A DNA stretch of 64,000 nt, taken from assembly GCF_009914755.1 (NCBI RefSeq), contig NC_060931.1, one strand, 5' to 3'. Source of the DNA: the human T2T-CHM13v2.0 reference genome, Homo sapiens. Positions 15,316 through 30,179 of the stretch are shown here, one piece after another (positions within the stretch are counted from its first letter, which is position 1; each line of letters opens with the position of its first letter). The notes below the pieces were generated by a model, which did not search any database, was not told the DNA's origin, and saw nothing but the letters and a program-made list of their open reading frames with translations. The translations under genes and the position numbers were made by a program.

Positions 15316-16106
15316 ACTTATATTTGTACCTAAATATATATATATATATATTTGTACTTAAATATATATATATTTTAAGTACAAAACCTACTTGAACAAA
15401 AAGGTTATGATAATTTGAAATTTTCAAAAGAGAAAATGTGACTATTTCATTTTATACATGCTATATTACTATTTACTATTTCATAACATGGCCAAATACT
15501 TAGAAATGTTTAACTCACAATGTAATATAAAATACATCAATTTATATTACATTATATTAATGTTAAAATTTGAAAAGCCAGATAGATTTTAAAAACTCAA
15601 ATTTTTACTAATTAATAATTTTGTTTCAGGACAAGGCAAAAAAAGCACAGAAGCATATTTTAACTGTGATGATTTTTATTTAACGCTCTACAACATTTTG
15701 TTATTTACTATGCAGTAGCCAATATATGATGATGTTAGTTCTCTATTTCTCAATGTGACATTAGAAGAATGTGTCTTATTTTAAGAACACTTAGCATGGT
15801 GGCAAAGTATTTTATGACTTCGCCACCATCATGTTGAATTTAGGTTTATTAAATGTCAGAAAAGCACAAGCCTTTTAAAAAAAAAAAAAAGTGTGTTGAG
15901 TGTTTAGGTTTAAGGACTTCTTGTCCTGGGGCCCATAGACTCACTAACATGTCTCCATAAGATTCAAGAGTCTCCTGAAAGTGTATTTAAGGTTTTCTGG
16001 GATATGACATGGTTCTGGGAAGCTTTCATCATTGCCTAAAAAGGTAGAGACCAAGCAAGGGTTAGAAACCATTTACATGATTTACACAAGCAAAGATATA
16101 AATTCT

Positions 16107-16398
16107 GGCCTGGCACGTTGGCTCACGCCTGTAATTCCAGCACTTGGGAGGCCTAGATGGGTGGATCGCTTGAGGCCAGGAGTTCAAAACCAGCCTGGGC
16201 AACACGGTGCAACCCATCTCTACTAAAAATACAAAAATTACGCAGGCTTGGTGGTGTGCACCTGTAGTCCCAGCTACTCGGGAGGCTGAGGCACAAGAAT
16301 CACTGGAACCCAGGAGGCGGAGGTTGCAGTGAGCCGAGATTGCACCGCTGTGCTCCAGCCTGGGCAACAGAGCAAGATTCTGTCTAAAAACAAAAAAA
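16107..16398 (+). mobile_element. Alu, full length (AluS/Jb-like)
   Basis: Dimer with A tail; short TSD taaattc. Confidence 0.95.
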
Positions 16399-17532
16399 GT
16401 AAATTCAAAATACATAAGTGAACTTTCCTTTTGGTAGAAATGCCCTGCTCCCAAGAGAACATACCACATAACAATAAGAAAAAATAGATATGTATATGTG
16501 TAGATGTGTATACAAACACAAGTTGCATAACAGAAATAACTTCCTTGATATGGCCTAGCACTGATATTGAGGCCAACACACTAATACACTAACACAAATT
16601 TTTGTTTCTGCAGTCTTCACCAAAACGTTTTCTTTTAGACATTGGTGTCTAACATCTTTTAGATATTGTAAGCTTTTCCCAAGATTTTGTACAAAAGAAA
16701 GAGACATTTAAACGTTAATTTGCAAAGTGAATGCTCAGCTGGCAATAAGACTTGGTCTTCAAGATAGTGACCTCTTGCGCATTAAAGAAAGAGTTATATC
16801 ATGTCTAATATTCGTTAAAATCAAAAGTCATATTTTTTCAGTGTTCTGCAACAACCAAATTCAACAGGGTGTCTTTCACTTGTTACTGAAACTAAAAATT
16901 CAAATAACTAATGAACTCCTTTCTTTCAATAAAATTCTAATTCTTTATAGTAGAGATTCTAATGCCAAATAGTAAAGATTGTCTACAAACTCATAGGAAG
17001 TTTTTTAATTGGAGTTTGCTCAACAGCTGGTGGGGTTCTCCACTTATTGTCTTTATGCTAAAACTCAGATATTGGATCTACAAGATGAACTTAATCCAAG
17101 CATGGTAATTATTTGAGGCAGCTTGGCTGTTGTCCCAAGTCATGGTCCTACGTGACAATATGTATATGGCCACTGGCCATCAAAAACAGGCCAGGTAGGA
17201 GAAAAATCGGGCACAGGTCATGTCTCCTCTAGAACAAAGAGATTCCAAAATACCCTGATGAAGCCTTCACGGTGTTCCCAGTCTGTTCAATTTTGATTTT
17301 CACTTAGTAAATCACATACAGATTAACTCTCAGATTAAACTTGACTAATTTCAGTCTCCACTGATATTACAATGTCAGGAGCAGATTCAGAAAATATTGT
17401 CTGTGCAAATTTCTATTTGGGAGATTTTCTAAGGAGCTCAATTGAGAAAGCAAATTAAGTTGTAAGTAAAACATGTTAGAATAGGTCTGTACGTAAAATA
17501 TGTATTTTTAATTACCAACTGCATGATTCTTT

Positions 17533-17946
17533 TTTTTTTTGCCCCATCTTTCAACTTTGTTTATTTTTATTTATTTATTTATTTATTTATTTTACTTTAA
17601 GTTCCAGGATACAGGTGCAGAACGTGCAGGTTTGTTACATAGGTATACGTGTTCCATGGTGGTTTGCTGCACCCATCAACCCATCATCTAGGTTTTAAGC
17701 CCCGCATGCATTAGGTGGTATTTGTCCTAATGCTCTCTCCCTCCCCTTGCCCCCTGCCCCCCGACAAGCCCTGGTGTGTGATGTTCCCCTCCCTGTGTCC
17801 ATGTGTTCTCATTGTTCAACTCCCACTTATGAGTGAGAACATGCGGTGTTTGGTTTTCTATTCCTTTGTTAGGTTGCTGAGGATGATGGTTTCCAGCTTC
17901 ATCCATGTCCCTGCAAAGGACATGATTTCATTCATTTTTATGGCTG
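17533..17946 (-). mobile_element. 5'-truncated L1PA8-like 3' end
   Basis: tctaggttttaagccccgcatgcattagg motif; perfect 17-bp TSD caactgcatgattcttt at 17516-17532 and 17947-17963. Confidence 0.93.
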
Positions 17947-18054
17947 CAACTGCATGATTCTTTAACCCAGTGGATCTTCTTACACCTAAACAACTCTAGA
18001 GAATACTAAGATAACTTTCCAGAATAATGAAAAGGCTCCATCCCCGCCTTGCCT

Positions 18055-18195
18055 AATCCTGGCCACCTGGGGCTATTGAGCACTGGAATGGGGTTAGAGT
18101 AACTGAGAAACTGGACTTTAGTTTGATTTACTTTAAATTAACTCAATTTAAATAGGCACATGTGGTCAGTGATTACTGTATTGAACATCTTGGCT
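18055..18195. mobile_element. MER3-like hAT-Charlie MITE fragment
   Basis: ggctattgagcactggaatg...taactgagaaactggac...aatttaaataggcacatgtgg. Confidence 0.7.
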
Positions 18196-19111
18196 CTAAA
18201 GAATCAGTTGTAAAAGTACAACATTGTATTTAGTCCAGTCATTTACTTATTAAGATCACCCTGATTTATTAAGTGCAATAACATGGAAATGGGGTTAGGG
18301 GCTGAGGTCTTTTTCCCTTCTCTGCATCCTCTAGTGGTGTCTGGAAATAGATTGACCTGAGCTCCATTCTCTGGTTTCCTGCATAGTGTAGAGCCTGGGT
18401 TAAATCTACTTTTCAACAGACAGCAGGTTTTAACATGAAAACCATTTCACAGATACTTTATTCTGTGGAAAACAGTTAAATTGTCATTTGGAAGTCATCC
18501 TCAAAAAGCAGCAAGCTAATATAAAGACACCTGGTAGAATAAACAAGACAAACATCTCAGCTAGCCCAGCACACCGAGAAAGGGATGGGAGGTGTGTGCC
18601 CAGTGTCAGGGACGAGCTCACGGTCTCCAGTGCTTGGCTGACCAGCTCAAGACCACCAGTCACAGCCTGGTGGGAAATGAGGGGCCTATGATCCCAGTCT
18701 GATCCAGGCAGTTCACACCAAATGTGTGGAAATACTGAATGCAAATTTGGAATATCAATGGCAAATAAACTTTGATGTGGCCAGAAGCTATCAAGTATAG
18801 TACTCAAGTTATTTTAGTTCAGAAATTCTAACATGTGAAATGAAGAGAAAATTTATGTTCATCGTAGGTACCATGACAGGGTGTCAAACTACCAAGACCA
18901 AACTTTGCAGCCATTATATGTGGATCTTCATCAGCTGGACTCAATGGCAAATGATACACATCCAAAAACTGTTTCTGTCTTCCTCCTACTTTTAAAATCC
19001 TTTATTTTCTCTTCCATTAACAGACTCATGTTTTCCTTAACTCTGAGATAACAAGATAAGTTTTCAAAGCTCAGTTTATTCTAAAGTACCCATGAAGAAA
19101 AGGATGCTGTT

Positions 19112-19259
19112 GTTTCTTTTTTTCTTTTCTTTCTTTTTTCTTTATTTTCCTTTTCTTTCCTTTTCTTTCTTCCTTTCTTCCTTTTTCTCTTTTTCTTTCT
19201 CTCTTTTCTTCCTTCCTTCCTTTCTTTTTTATATATTTCTTTATTTCTTTCTTTTCTTC
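19112..19259. repeat. CT-rich low-complexity tract
   Basis: About 150 bp almost entirely T/C. Confidence 0.9.
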
Positions 19260-20060
19260 ACAAGGAATTACAGCTGAGGAGATTTGAGCTATATTGACTT
19301 AGATAAAAACAGCTAACAGTTATTTTAAGAGTTACCTCAATCCTTTTACTCCTTCAACAATTTTAAGATTTTTGTTCATCTCTGAGTTTTATTCTGAAAA
19401 TAACACTTATTTTTAAAATATTTTATATTTTTATTTAAATTATATCTTTTATTTAAATTTTATACATGTATGTGAAAATAACTGCAACTGCACATGAATA
19501 GATAAACACTCAGAAATCCATCGGCACACCCTTAATGAGTAGCTCATATGCTTCAGTTTAAGATATTCAGTTGCAGAGACAAGAATGAAAGAATCACATT
19601 ACTATTATTGCTTTTAATTCTATATATATGGAAAATCACGGTACTTTTCCATCGGAAACATATTTTGCTTTAAATCGTCAAGGTTATTCAAGGCAAATTT
19701 TAAAATATATGCGTATATATATTAGCCTTAGTCTAAAGACCTAAAAAATATGAAACAGTTTTATAATAAAAAGTGAGTATTTTCAACATTTAAAACACTT
19801 GACATATCACTTCAGTCTTTTTAGTGGCATGTTTGCTGCATAAATAAACATTCATTTAATTATATTCAGGCCCTGTAATTATACTCAAAATTATTAAATA
19901 GATCATTAGATAGTTTTAGGATTTGACTTTGAAAGCAGCATCCAAAACTTGGAGATCAGAAAATGGTAGCTGGCCATAACTTTGCTATTTCCTGTTTGAT
20001 TGGAACTCAGACACTGTAAAGCTAGTCAATTTGTAGATTTCTGCCTAGAACAGAATATAA

Positions 20061-20288
20061 TTTCTTTTTTTGAGTCAGGGTCTCACTCTGTTGCCAAGGC
20101 TGGAGTGTAGTGGCACAATCTTGGTTCACTGTAGCCTTGACCTCCTGGGCTCAAGTGGTCCTGCTACCTCAGCCTCCCAAGCAGCTGGGTCTACAGGCAT
20201 GCACCACCACACCGAGCTAATTCTTATATTTTTGTAGAGACGGGGTTTCACAATGCTGCCCAGGCTGGTCTCGAACTCCTGGTCTCAA
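20061..20288 (-). mobile_element. 5'-truncated AluJ
   Basis: J-type right arm (agccttgacctcctgggctcaag); TSD agaat(a/g)taattt at 20052-20063 and 20289-20300. Confidence 0.9.
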
Positions 20289-20940
20289 AGAATGTAATTT
20301 AACATTAAAGGTTTTTCTATCTTGTGGGAAATCAATAAGTTTGTATCTAACCTATCAATCTTACTCTAATTTTTTCCAAAGTGATAAATATTCAGTTCTT
20401 GAAAATGCTCATTAAATCTTTTTTTTTCAATTAGTGACTCTCTTATTTATTATTTGAATGGAATCTTGACACCTTTCACTCTTCTCACTCTAAAACTTTT
20501 TTAACTTTTGAAGACTATACTTTTATACTTTGATGCAATGTTTGATCATACTGTAACATAGAAATCATATGTTGACCAAATGGAAATAAGGGACTGAACT
20601 GTTATCAAACTAAAGACAGTGTTCTTGAATATAGACCATTATGTGATCTCTCCCTTCCCCCAGATACTTAGTAGGTACCATGATTTTCTGTATTGTTCCT
20701 ATAAAAATGCCATTAATGCTTTCCTGAGTTATGAGTTTAAAAGTCTGTGTTTTCTTATGACTAAAAGCTTAATGTGTTTCAAGAATTTAGTTAGCTGTTG
20801 ATAGTACTTACAAGCAGTAAAATTGATAGGGTTTGCATAATATTTTTATTAAGTTATAAGCCCATTGCTGCACTGTCAAAAATAGTTCTAACTAGAGGTT
20901 ACTTCTGCTTAACAAAGTTAATCCACCTTCCAAGTACAGT

Positions 20941-20982
20941 TCAAGTATAAGCTCCTCAAGTATAAGCTCCTCAAGTATAAGC
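20941..20982. repeat. 15-bp tandem repeat TCAAGTATAAGCTCC x2.8
   Basis: Perfect copies at 20941 and 20956, partial copy at 20971. Confidence 0.95.
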
Positions 20983-21019
20983 ACAGTGCACTATTTGCTG
21001 TCTGAAAACAGTCAAAGCA

Positions 21020-21320
21020 GTGGAGCTCAAAGAGCCAACAGTTAGAATTCTCATTCCAAGCCAGAATCCTGTCTCTGCCACTAAATGTGTTAGACCACAC
21101 ACTAGATCCATCATCTGCAAAGTGAGAACAATTTGTGAAACTTGTCATCAAGGTCACGGTGTGATGTGATGGAAAGAAAATGAAGTTCTGGAGTTAGACC
21201 TAAGTTGCAATCCTGGCATTTCCATATAATGACTGTTTCCTGCTTATAAAATAGAAACAAATACCATCAACTTTTATGTTATGAAAATTTAATTAGATGA
21301 CTCAATTAAAGCATCATTTT
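21020..21320 (+). mobile_element. MIR fragments
   Basis: ctctgccactaaatgtgttagacc...catctgcaaagtgaga; ttctggagttagacctaagttgcaatcctggc. Confidence 0.5.
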
Positions 21321-22299
21321 CAAATAAGTGTATTTATTAACCTACAAATGTAGCTTCAAGCCAGATTCACAGGTAGCAAAATGAATTAGCACACATACTT
21401 TTACTATTAAACATAAATTGAATCTTTAACATTACTTTGGTGGATAACTACTTACAAAGCTATTTTAAAGTTTTTCATATGTGATACAAGTTTTCTAAAT
21501 TTTAGTGAGAGAGGCTTTTAAAATAGCACATTAAGGGACAATTATTATTGTTTCTTAATCAAAATTATCTGATGCACATGATTGCATTCATTTGGCAAGA
21601 TTTAGAAGCATTTATTGTTTTACCTTTAGTGTAACAAGATCACATGATGAAATATGAACATTCAGGTTAATTATATAGGTTTTTGTCCACATGGCATGAT
21701 CCATCCAGACATTTGAAACATCTGGAAAAAGATGTGAATTATCATTTATCCAGATGCATGTCATCTCTAGGAGAAAGCCTGTGAAAGCACAACTGAGAGG
21801 GTTGCATTGTAGTATACATTAATCTTTTGATATAGTGGTGTAACAGTGCAGTGGAAAGCATCATTTTTAGTGGCTAGTACCTAGTAGGTTTTCACTGGAT
21901 ATTCATGGATCTGCTCACAAAACATCTTCCAGGCTCTCTGACCATGGTCACACGAACCAGAGTAAATCCAAAATCACAGGAAACAGATAGAATCCTGAGA
22001 ATCCTACCTCACAAACTTTACGTAGAAAGATTGGAATAGTGGAAACTGACATAGAGCTGACTACACTCACCAATCCCATGACTCCATGTCCAACTTGCCT
22101 CACCCAGCGCCCAAGTCCAGTGTCTGTTCCTATTACCCCACTGAGAATGGAATCCCTGAGGCTGCAAATAACCCTACGGTCTCCCCCAAGATACATCCCG
22201 TGAGCAGTTATCCAACCACATCGCAGTGCATCTCTCTTTTGCAGCTCTTGTTCTGACATCTCCTTCCTTGTTGAAACTCTTAACTGTAACTCTTGATTC

Positions 22300-22660
22300 T
22301 ACGAGTTACTGTCTTTCTTCCTCTGTCATTCAAATGCTCCTGCCCCTTGGCCCATTGCTTCTCCTGTTCTTTACACTTTCCTAGACAATTTCATTAATCA
22401 ACTCTGTCCCACCTCCTTTCTATATGAATGATAAATCCCTAATGCACATCTTTCTCATGGACCTCCCTCCTGACCTTGGGAAGCCTATGAACAAATTGCT
22501 CTGAATAACTGCAAGTAAGTGCTCTGAAGTTCCCCAAAATTCAATGTGTTAAAAAGGAAACTTTTCATTTAATCTTTAACATGAACTTTCTCAGACATTC
22601 TTTATTTCGGTTGTTACAACCAATAGTTCCTTCATCTCCAAAGCTAGAAACCTGGTCACC
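22300..22660 (+). mobile_element. L2 fragment
   Basis: cttggcccattgcttctcc...aaaattcaatgtg...ccaaagctagaaacctgg. Confidence 0.55.
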
Positions 22661-25600
22661 AAAGGTTCAAATGAGGGGAATTTATTAAAGGATTAAAGGA
22701 TCTACTTGGTAGAGGTATGGGCAAGGTTAAGATAAGATGAAACTTTCAGAGACTTGCAAAAGTAGAAAGCTGTTTTACCAAGCCTAGGGATGAAGAGAAG
22801 AAACGGGTGTCAGTGGATCTGCGTTCCTTATGGGTTAGTGTCCATTCTGGGACCAAAAAGAATTGGGAAATCAAAATAGAGTTGACTTCACTCATCAGTC
22901 CAATGAGAACTGGGCCTGGAAAGGACACTTCCCACAGGGAACACAGATGAAAGACTTTCACAACATGTCAGTGAATTTTCTGAACAAACGTACACTGCAC
23001 AATTTCAAACAACAGGTGTCTTTCTCTGGAATTTGATCTAATATTAGGAATGAATTGTTCCATTCTGATAAGAATTCCTGTCATCAATCACGCTTTCTGG
23101 ATGACATGTCTCTCATCTCTTCACAGTTTTGCATACCGAGTCCGAAAAAGTCAGTCAGTGAAAACACATTATTTCTTCCGGAGACACTCAGAGGGGGTCA
23201 CTGCTTGCTAACCCTGTAAATCCTTGAAGGGGAACATAGTTCTGAGACTTTTCACGTCATCTGAACTAAGTCTTTAGGACCCCAATGTAATCGGACTCCC
23301 CACTTTCTTCAGGCTGTTCCCAAAGGAGGGATATGAGGAAACTCCTCTTCACGGTTAGTGCTGGCCTTGTTTGTTTTTGTAGTGTCAGAAAATATGTTCT
23401 TAAAATGGGCCCTGTTAAAGTTTGGCAATATATTGTTCTGACTAGAGTCACCAAAACAAATGTTTTTGTCAAAAACTTTTAATTTATCTTGTGTGAAGGA
23501 AGAAATGTCATTGAATTTCCTCCTAAAACCTAAACAGATTTTGGAAATTGAAGCTTTAATATGCTGAAGGTGGTATTTCAGTGGCAACACCCTTGACCTT
23601 GATACATGTTTGTCTTGGATGTTGAGAGAGGAAACTCTAGGTTGTTAAGCCCACATAAATCTCTGGATTCTTCTCAAAGGTCCATTAAGAACACAATAAA
23701 ATATCTTCATGAATGATCCTCCATTTGGAAACAAATGCATTTGGATGAGGGACCATCTCTCGAAGCTAAGGTAGGTACGCGCGTCAGAATATATGTGTGC
23801 AGAGTGTGTATTCCTCACAAGGTCTCAGGAAACTAAACACACAAAAGGCAGAAAGTATGTTCTGTTTTCAGTTCCCTTGGAAACTAGCACAAGGGTGGGC
23901 ACCTATTAGTTGCTTGATAAATGTTACCTTTTGAAAAAAAAAGGTCCTCACAAAATCTGGCAGCTACATTATTAGTTTTAATCTACAAGCCTTCTAATTT
24001 CAAATTCGGCATCATTTGTCCCTGTTTTTCATAACTTTAGTCCCCGTTGTCTTTCATGCATAGTAACAAAGATTGAAGCATTCTCAGTATTATGTGCTGC
24101 TACTTTTAGATTTTTAATGACTTACCTGGATAATATCATAGTACTGAACAAAAGACTGTTTTAATCTCTCGTATTAGATTGCTACACTTTAGTTCTAAGG
24201 TATTAAACAAAATTTGAGATTATAGCAGAATTGTTTAGAAAACTGTTTATATATTTTCCCATCTTTTTAAGTTCTAGACCAAAGTTTGCAAGGAAAAGGA
24301 AAGTGTTGAGACAAATTCACCCAGCTATTTCTGGATTGATTTATATTTATAGAAGCCATTGGTAACTTTAAAAGGATCTGAGAAAGTCTGAATTGTTTCA
24401 AGAGCTTGAGAGGCAAGGTAATAACATCGCTGGGCCATTATTCAATAACTGAAACTTATACTTGTTTACTTAGGATTAAAATATCGCTTCAGTACCACAA
24501 AGAAATTAGGCTGTTCCTTTTGGAGTGTTTTAATAGTTAGCTGAGTGCTCCTCAGGAAGAAGCCACATACCCGGAGCGTAACCAGGAGACAGTCATGGAA
24601 CCGTAACGCAGACCATGGACTGCAGCAGCTTAGTTTGGAGCTGGGTCAAACCTCACAGTAAGGCTCCATCTCAGGCCTGGCTGCAAAGTCAACATCTCTC
24701 TGCATCCATGTTTTCACATTTACCTTTCTGGAGCGGCAATAGGAAAATGTTTCCCTAAAAGAAAAGACAGTGATGCTTTCATCGAAAGAAAAAGTAAAGA
24801 ACTATTGTGTGTGCCTAACCAATCTTACAGGGGGGAGAAGATTTATATTATCTTGAAAACATAATTTGGTCTTGTTCAGGCCATTGGGGGAGAGGGGGAC
24901 TCAAAACAGTGGTAAATAATTCTTTGCTCAAAGTAGACTTCAGCATTTTGGTTCAATGTGAGCCATGACCCAGGTGTGAGGCTGAGGACAGGGTTTGACC
25001 CAGACCAATGAACTGCTTAGAAAGGTTTTTGTTTTTTTTTTCCTAATGCTGTGGTAACAGCAACCCAGGAGTGGAATGTACTAAGGAAGAGGAAATGTTA
25101 AACTTAGCCTAATCAAACATTTTCTTATCCAAAATTGAATATAATTTGGTTTTACGGGACCAAGAGGTTCATTGAGTGGATAAATTACTTACCATATCCA
25201 CAGTCAATTAAGTAGAGTGTTTGTAAGTCATAAGACAAAATATTAGGTACAGCCAAGGATCACTAGTGCCTCTCATTTAACATAAAACAGTTTGAGAAAT
25301 TAGTTTACATAATACACTTCTTCTACTGTGCACAGTTATAACCGTGGTACGGGGAAAGAGCTCTTAACGTCTGTAACTTGGGCTCACATCCTTGCCATCT
25401 GTGTATGACTGAGCATTCTTGGATAAATTATATCTCTAAGACTCTTCTTTTGCACATGGACAAAGAAGGGGAAAGGATAACAATACTTATAAACACATAA
25501 TTTTTATGATAACTACAAATATACTCGGCAGTACCTGGAAATCTGCACTCAAAATATAGATCCTCTACCTAATAGTCCTGTAAACCGATTTTTTGACTAA

Positions 25601-26149
25601 AAATTTAATCGCGATGCATTGATTCTATATGGCTTTGGGGAGCATTATGAAGGATCATGAATGTGAAGTGCCTGGACCATTGTAAGCTCTAGGTAAGTAT
25701 TAGTCACACAATGAAGATATAGTAAGGAGAAGGAAAAGGAGAAGAATAAGTAGAAAGAGAAGAAACCCTCTCACCAATAAAGTTTTCTAGAATTTCCACC
25801 AAAATTTTGTTTTGTTTCATGACATATCAAATTGTAGTTTTGACATCTAGCTAAGTAAACTAAACCTCAAAAGAGAATTATAATGCTTACCAAAAAGTAT
25901 TGCTGCACAGAATATATAAAATCATTTACAAAAAGTATTTTGCTTGATACATCAGGTAAAAATAGCCAATAATAACTAGTAGCTGGTATTATTATTGTTA
26001 TTACTACTAATGGTTTTATATTATGAAAGCATGATCATGTGGACAAATTTTAAAATAAAAATAAGCAAAAATGATAATAAGAACCCATCCCTCAGAAACA
26101 ATCATTGTTAACATTTTCATGCCTATCTCTTCTTATAAAATAAGAAGGA

Positions 26150-26542
<393 letters not shown>

Positions 26543-27583
26543 TCAACCCGTCCCCACCATCCAAACAAACCAAGAAGACTCCCTAAGATACCTGTATTTT
26601 GCTAGACTGATTGAAAAGCCATGATATGCTACATGTACTAGTTACGCTAGATCCTGATAAGATACACAATATTTTTTAAAGGAACAAAAGTCCATAGAGA
26701 ACTGTACAGAAAATGAGAAAACAAAATGTCATAAAAATCAATGTAGGTAAATTTCCCCGGGGAAAAACAACCGTGAAGCAGTGGAAAAATGTATACCAAT
26801 ACTTGTATTCTATTTCTACTGTGAATAGGAAACTGTCACAAACATACTTGTTTCAATCAATGCTTATTTATTATCTCACAGTATCAGGGGTCAGTAGTCA
26901 AAGCAAGGGTTATCTGGGTTCCATTACTGCATCAGCTCAAAATGACCAAAATCTCATCATCTAATCTATATCTCTTCGTCTCGGCTCAGAGTCTAGATTC
27001 CTATGATTGTTATCATCTCAATCCAATTTGTGCGAGACTCCTGGGTATAATCTATTAAGTACAGCTCTTGAAACACAAGTCCTTCCCATCTGTTGACATG
27101 TAAAAGGAGAGAAAAGTCCCAGGTTCTCAAAACTCTCAACATACACTGGCATATGACAAAAGCTAAAGACATTCCAGTTTAATAAATGCAATGATAAAAA
27201 GGGTTTCCCTAGTCCACAGTGGTTCTGAAATCCAACTGGAAAAATGGGAGTTCTTGACTAAAAGTTTCAGAGCCTGAGAATAATTCTTTCTAGCTCTCAT
27301 CTCTGCCCTCTGGGCTCTTGGTCCCATTCTCTAAGCCATCCATCCTTTTTCATGAAAGGTAGTGTGTGCTTTTTGCTGAAGAGTTTTATTAGCCTACTTC
27401 TTGCTAGTAGAGTTTTAGAGGTCCAACAGCCTCCTCCCTTTTGCTCTCTCTCTGTCCCTTGTAGTTTAAGCTGGCTGTGTTACTGATGAAACAATTTTCT
27501 AAAGAATTTTGTAGGTTTTCCATGGATTATACTCCATTTAAAAAAAACCACATCCACAGATTTTTTCAAGATAATCCTTACTC

Positions 27584-28348
<765 letters not shown>

Positions 28349-28959
28349 TAGCAAAAAATTTTACACTCACATAAACTCAGCCTTTTCTTGGTGAAAGGTT
28401 TCAGCAGTTATTTCTTACTTTAAAGATTTTGTGCCATCTGGAGGAGCTAAGAATTATCAAAAATCATCTGGTTCTTGTTCTTTTTTGTTTAATGTTCTTC
28501 CCTCAATTTATCTTTCTCTTCTTGCATCTTACAGTAAGCAGCAAAAAGAAACCAGGGAGCACTTTCAATATTTTGCTTGCAAATCTCTTAGATATATATC
28601 CAAATTCATTGCTTATATCTCCTGCTTTTCACATAAATTCAGAAGACAGTTTTGCAAAGGTTTCTGCTACTGTGTAACAAAAAACCCCTTCCTCCAGTAT
28701 GCAGTATCGTAGACCTCATTTCCTTCTGAGCCATCGCTGGTAGTGTATTCAAAGTTGAGATTCCTACCAACAGTCTGATCACAGAAATCTGGGCTTTCTC
28801 TAACATGCTGTGCCAAATTCTTCCATCTTCTGCCCACTGTCCAGTCCGAAAGCTACTCACATATTTTCAGTAACTCACTTCCAAGTATTAAAATATGTAT
28901 TTGTTTTCTATGGCCGCATGACCAGTCACCACAAACTTCCTGCCTTAAAGCAGCACCAT

Positions 28960-29250
28960 GGCCAGGCAAGGTGGCTCATGCCTTTAATCTCAGCACTTTG
29001 GGAGGCAGGATAATCACTTGAGGCCCAGAGTTTGAGGCCAGATCTAGCAAGACTTTTTCTCTACAAAAAAATATTGTTTTTAATTAGCCAGATGTGGTGG
29101 CATGTGCCTGTAGTCCCAGCTACTCAGGAGGCTGATGCAGAAGGATCACTTGTGCCCAGGAATTTGAAGCTACAGTGAGCTATGGTCATGCCACTGCACT
29201 TCAGCCTGAGCAACAGAGTGAGAACTTGTCTCGAAATTTAAAATAAAAAT
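28960..29250 (+). mobile_element. AluJ
   Basis: J-type right arm (aggatcacttgtgcccaggaatttgaagctacagtgagctatg). Confidence 0.9.
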
Positions 29251-29329
29251 AATTTAAAATAATGTAAGTTTATATAAAATAATGTAAATTTATAAAAAAT
29301 AATAAACATTTTTTATCAATAAAAATAAA

Positions 29330-29955
29330 AGAATAAAAATAAGTGAATTAAAATCCACTTCAAAAAAACAGGAAAAGAATAACAAAATAATTCAAAAGAA
29401 GGCTCAAGTAATGAAATAATAAAGAAAAAAAGCAGAAATTAATTAGGAAACAGAATTATTAAACTAAAAAAACAGAATTATTAAACTAAAATTATGTTTT
29501 TTAAATTAACAAAATAGACACACAACTACCTAACTTAATTAAGAAGCAAAGGGGGAAATCACAAACTCAGGTAAAAAATGACATGATGAAAATAATCACT
29601 GAAAGAGCAGAACTTAAACAATAAAAATAAAACAACAGAAAAAAAATAAAACAACAACAACAGCCAACAGTAATCAGACCAATTTGCAGAACTTTATACA
29701 AAGAAACTAGAAAATATAAATGAAATGGAAAATGTCTTAGGGAAATATAAATTACCAGAATGTTTCCATTACAGTGAGAAAGCTTATACAGAATGATTTC
29801 CATAGAAGAAATTAAGAAAGATATGAAGAAACTACCACTGAAAAAGCACTGGGCCCAGATAGTTTCACAGGGAACTTCTGTCAGTCCTTCAGAGGCCGGG
29901 TAGTCCTGATGCTCTATAAACTATCCCATAGCATTGAAAGAAAGGAAGAACTTCC
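29330..29955 (+). mobile_element. Old L1M ORF2 fragment
   Basis: gaaaaagcactgggcccagatagtttcacagggaacttct. Confidence 0.7.
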
Positions 29956-29964
29956 TGGCCTCCT

Positions 29965-30176
29965 GGCCAGGCGCAGTGGCTGATGCCTGTAATCCCAACA
30001 CTTTGAGAGGCTGAGGCAGGTGGATCACCTGGGGTCAGGAGTTCAAGACCAGCCTGGCCAACATGGTGAAACCCCATCTCTATTAAAAGTACAGAAATTA
30101 GCCAGGCTTGGTGGTGCAACCCTGCCTGTAATCCCAGCTACTTGGGAGGCTGAGGTGGGAGAATCACTTGAATCCT
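29965..30176 (+). mobile_element. AluS, 3'-truncated
   Basis: Left arm plus part of the right arm. Confidence 0.9.
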
Positions 30177-30179
30177 AAT

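Noticed and set aside
15181-16230. Two Alus both starting ttctggcctgg, a possible duplication
   Set aside because: The bodies are too diverged and the shared flank is only a few bases; independent insertions explain it
18322-18340. CTCF-like CCACTAGAGG on the minus strand
   Set aside because: Mismatches in the GGC part of the core; a motif alone is insufficient
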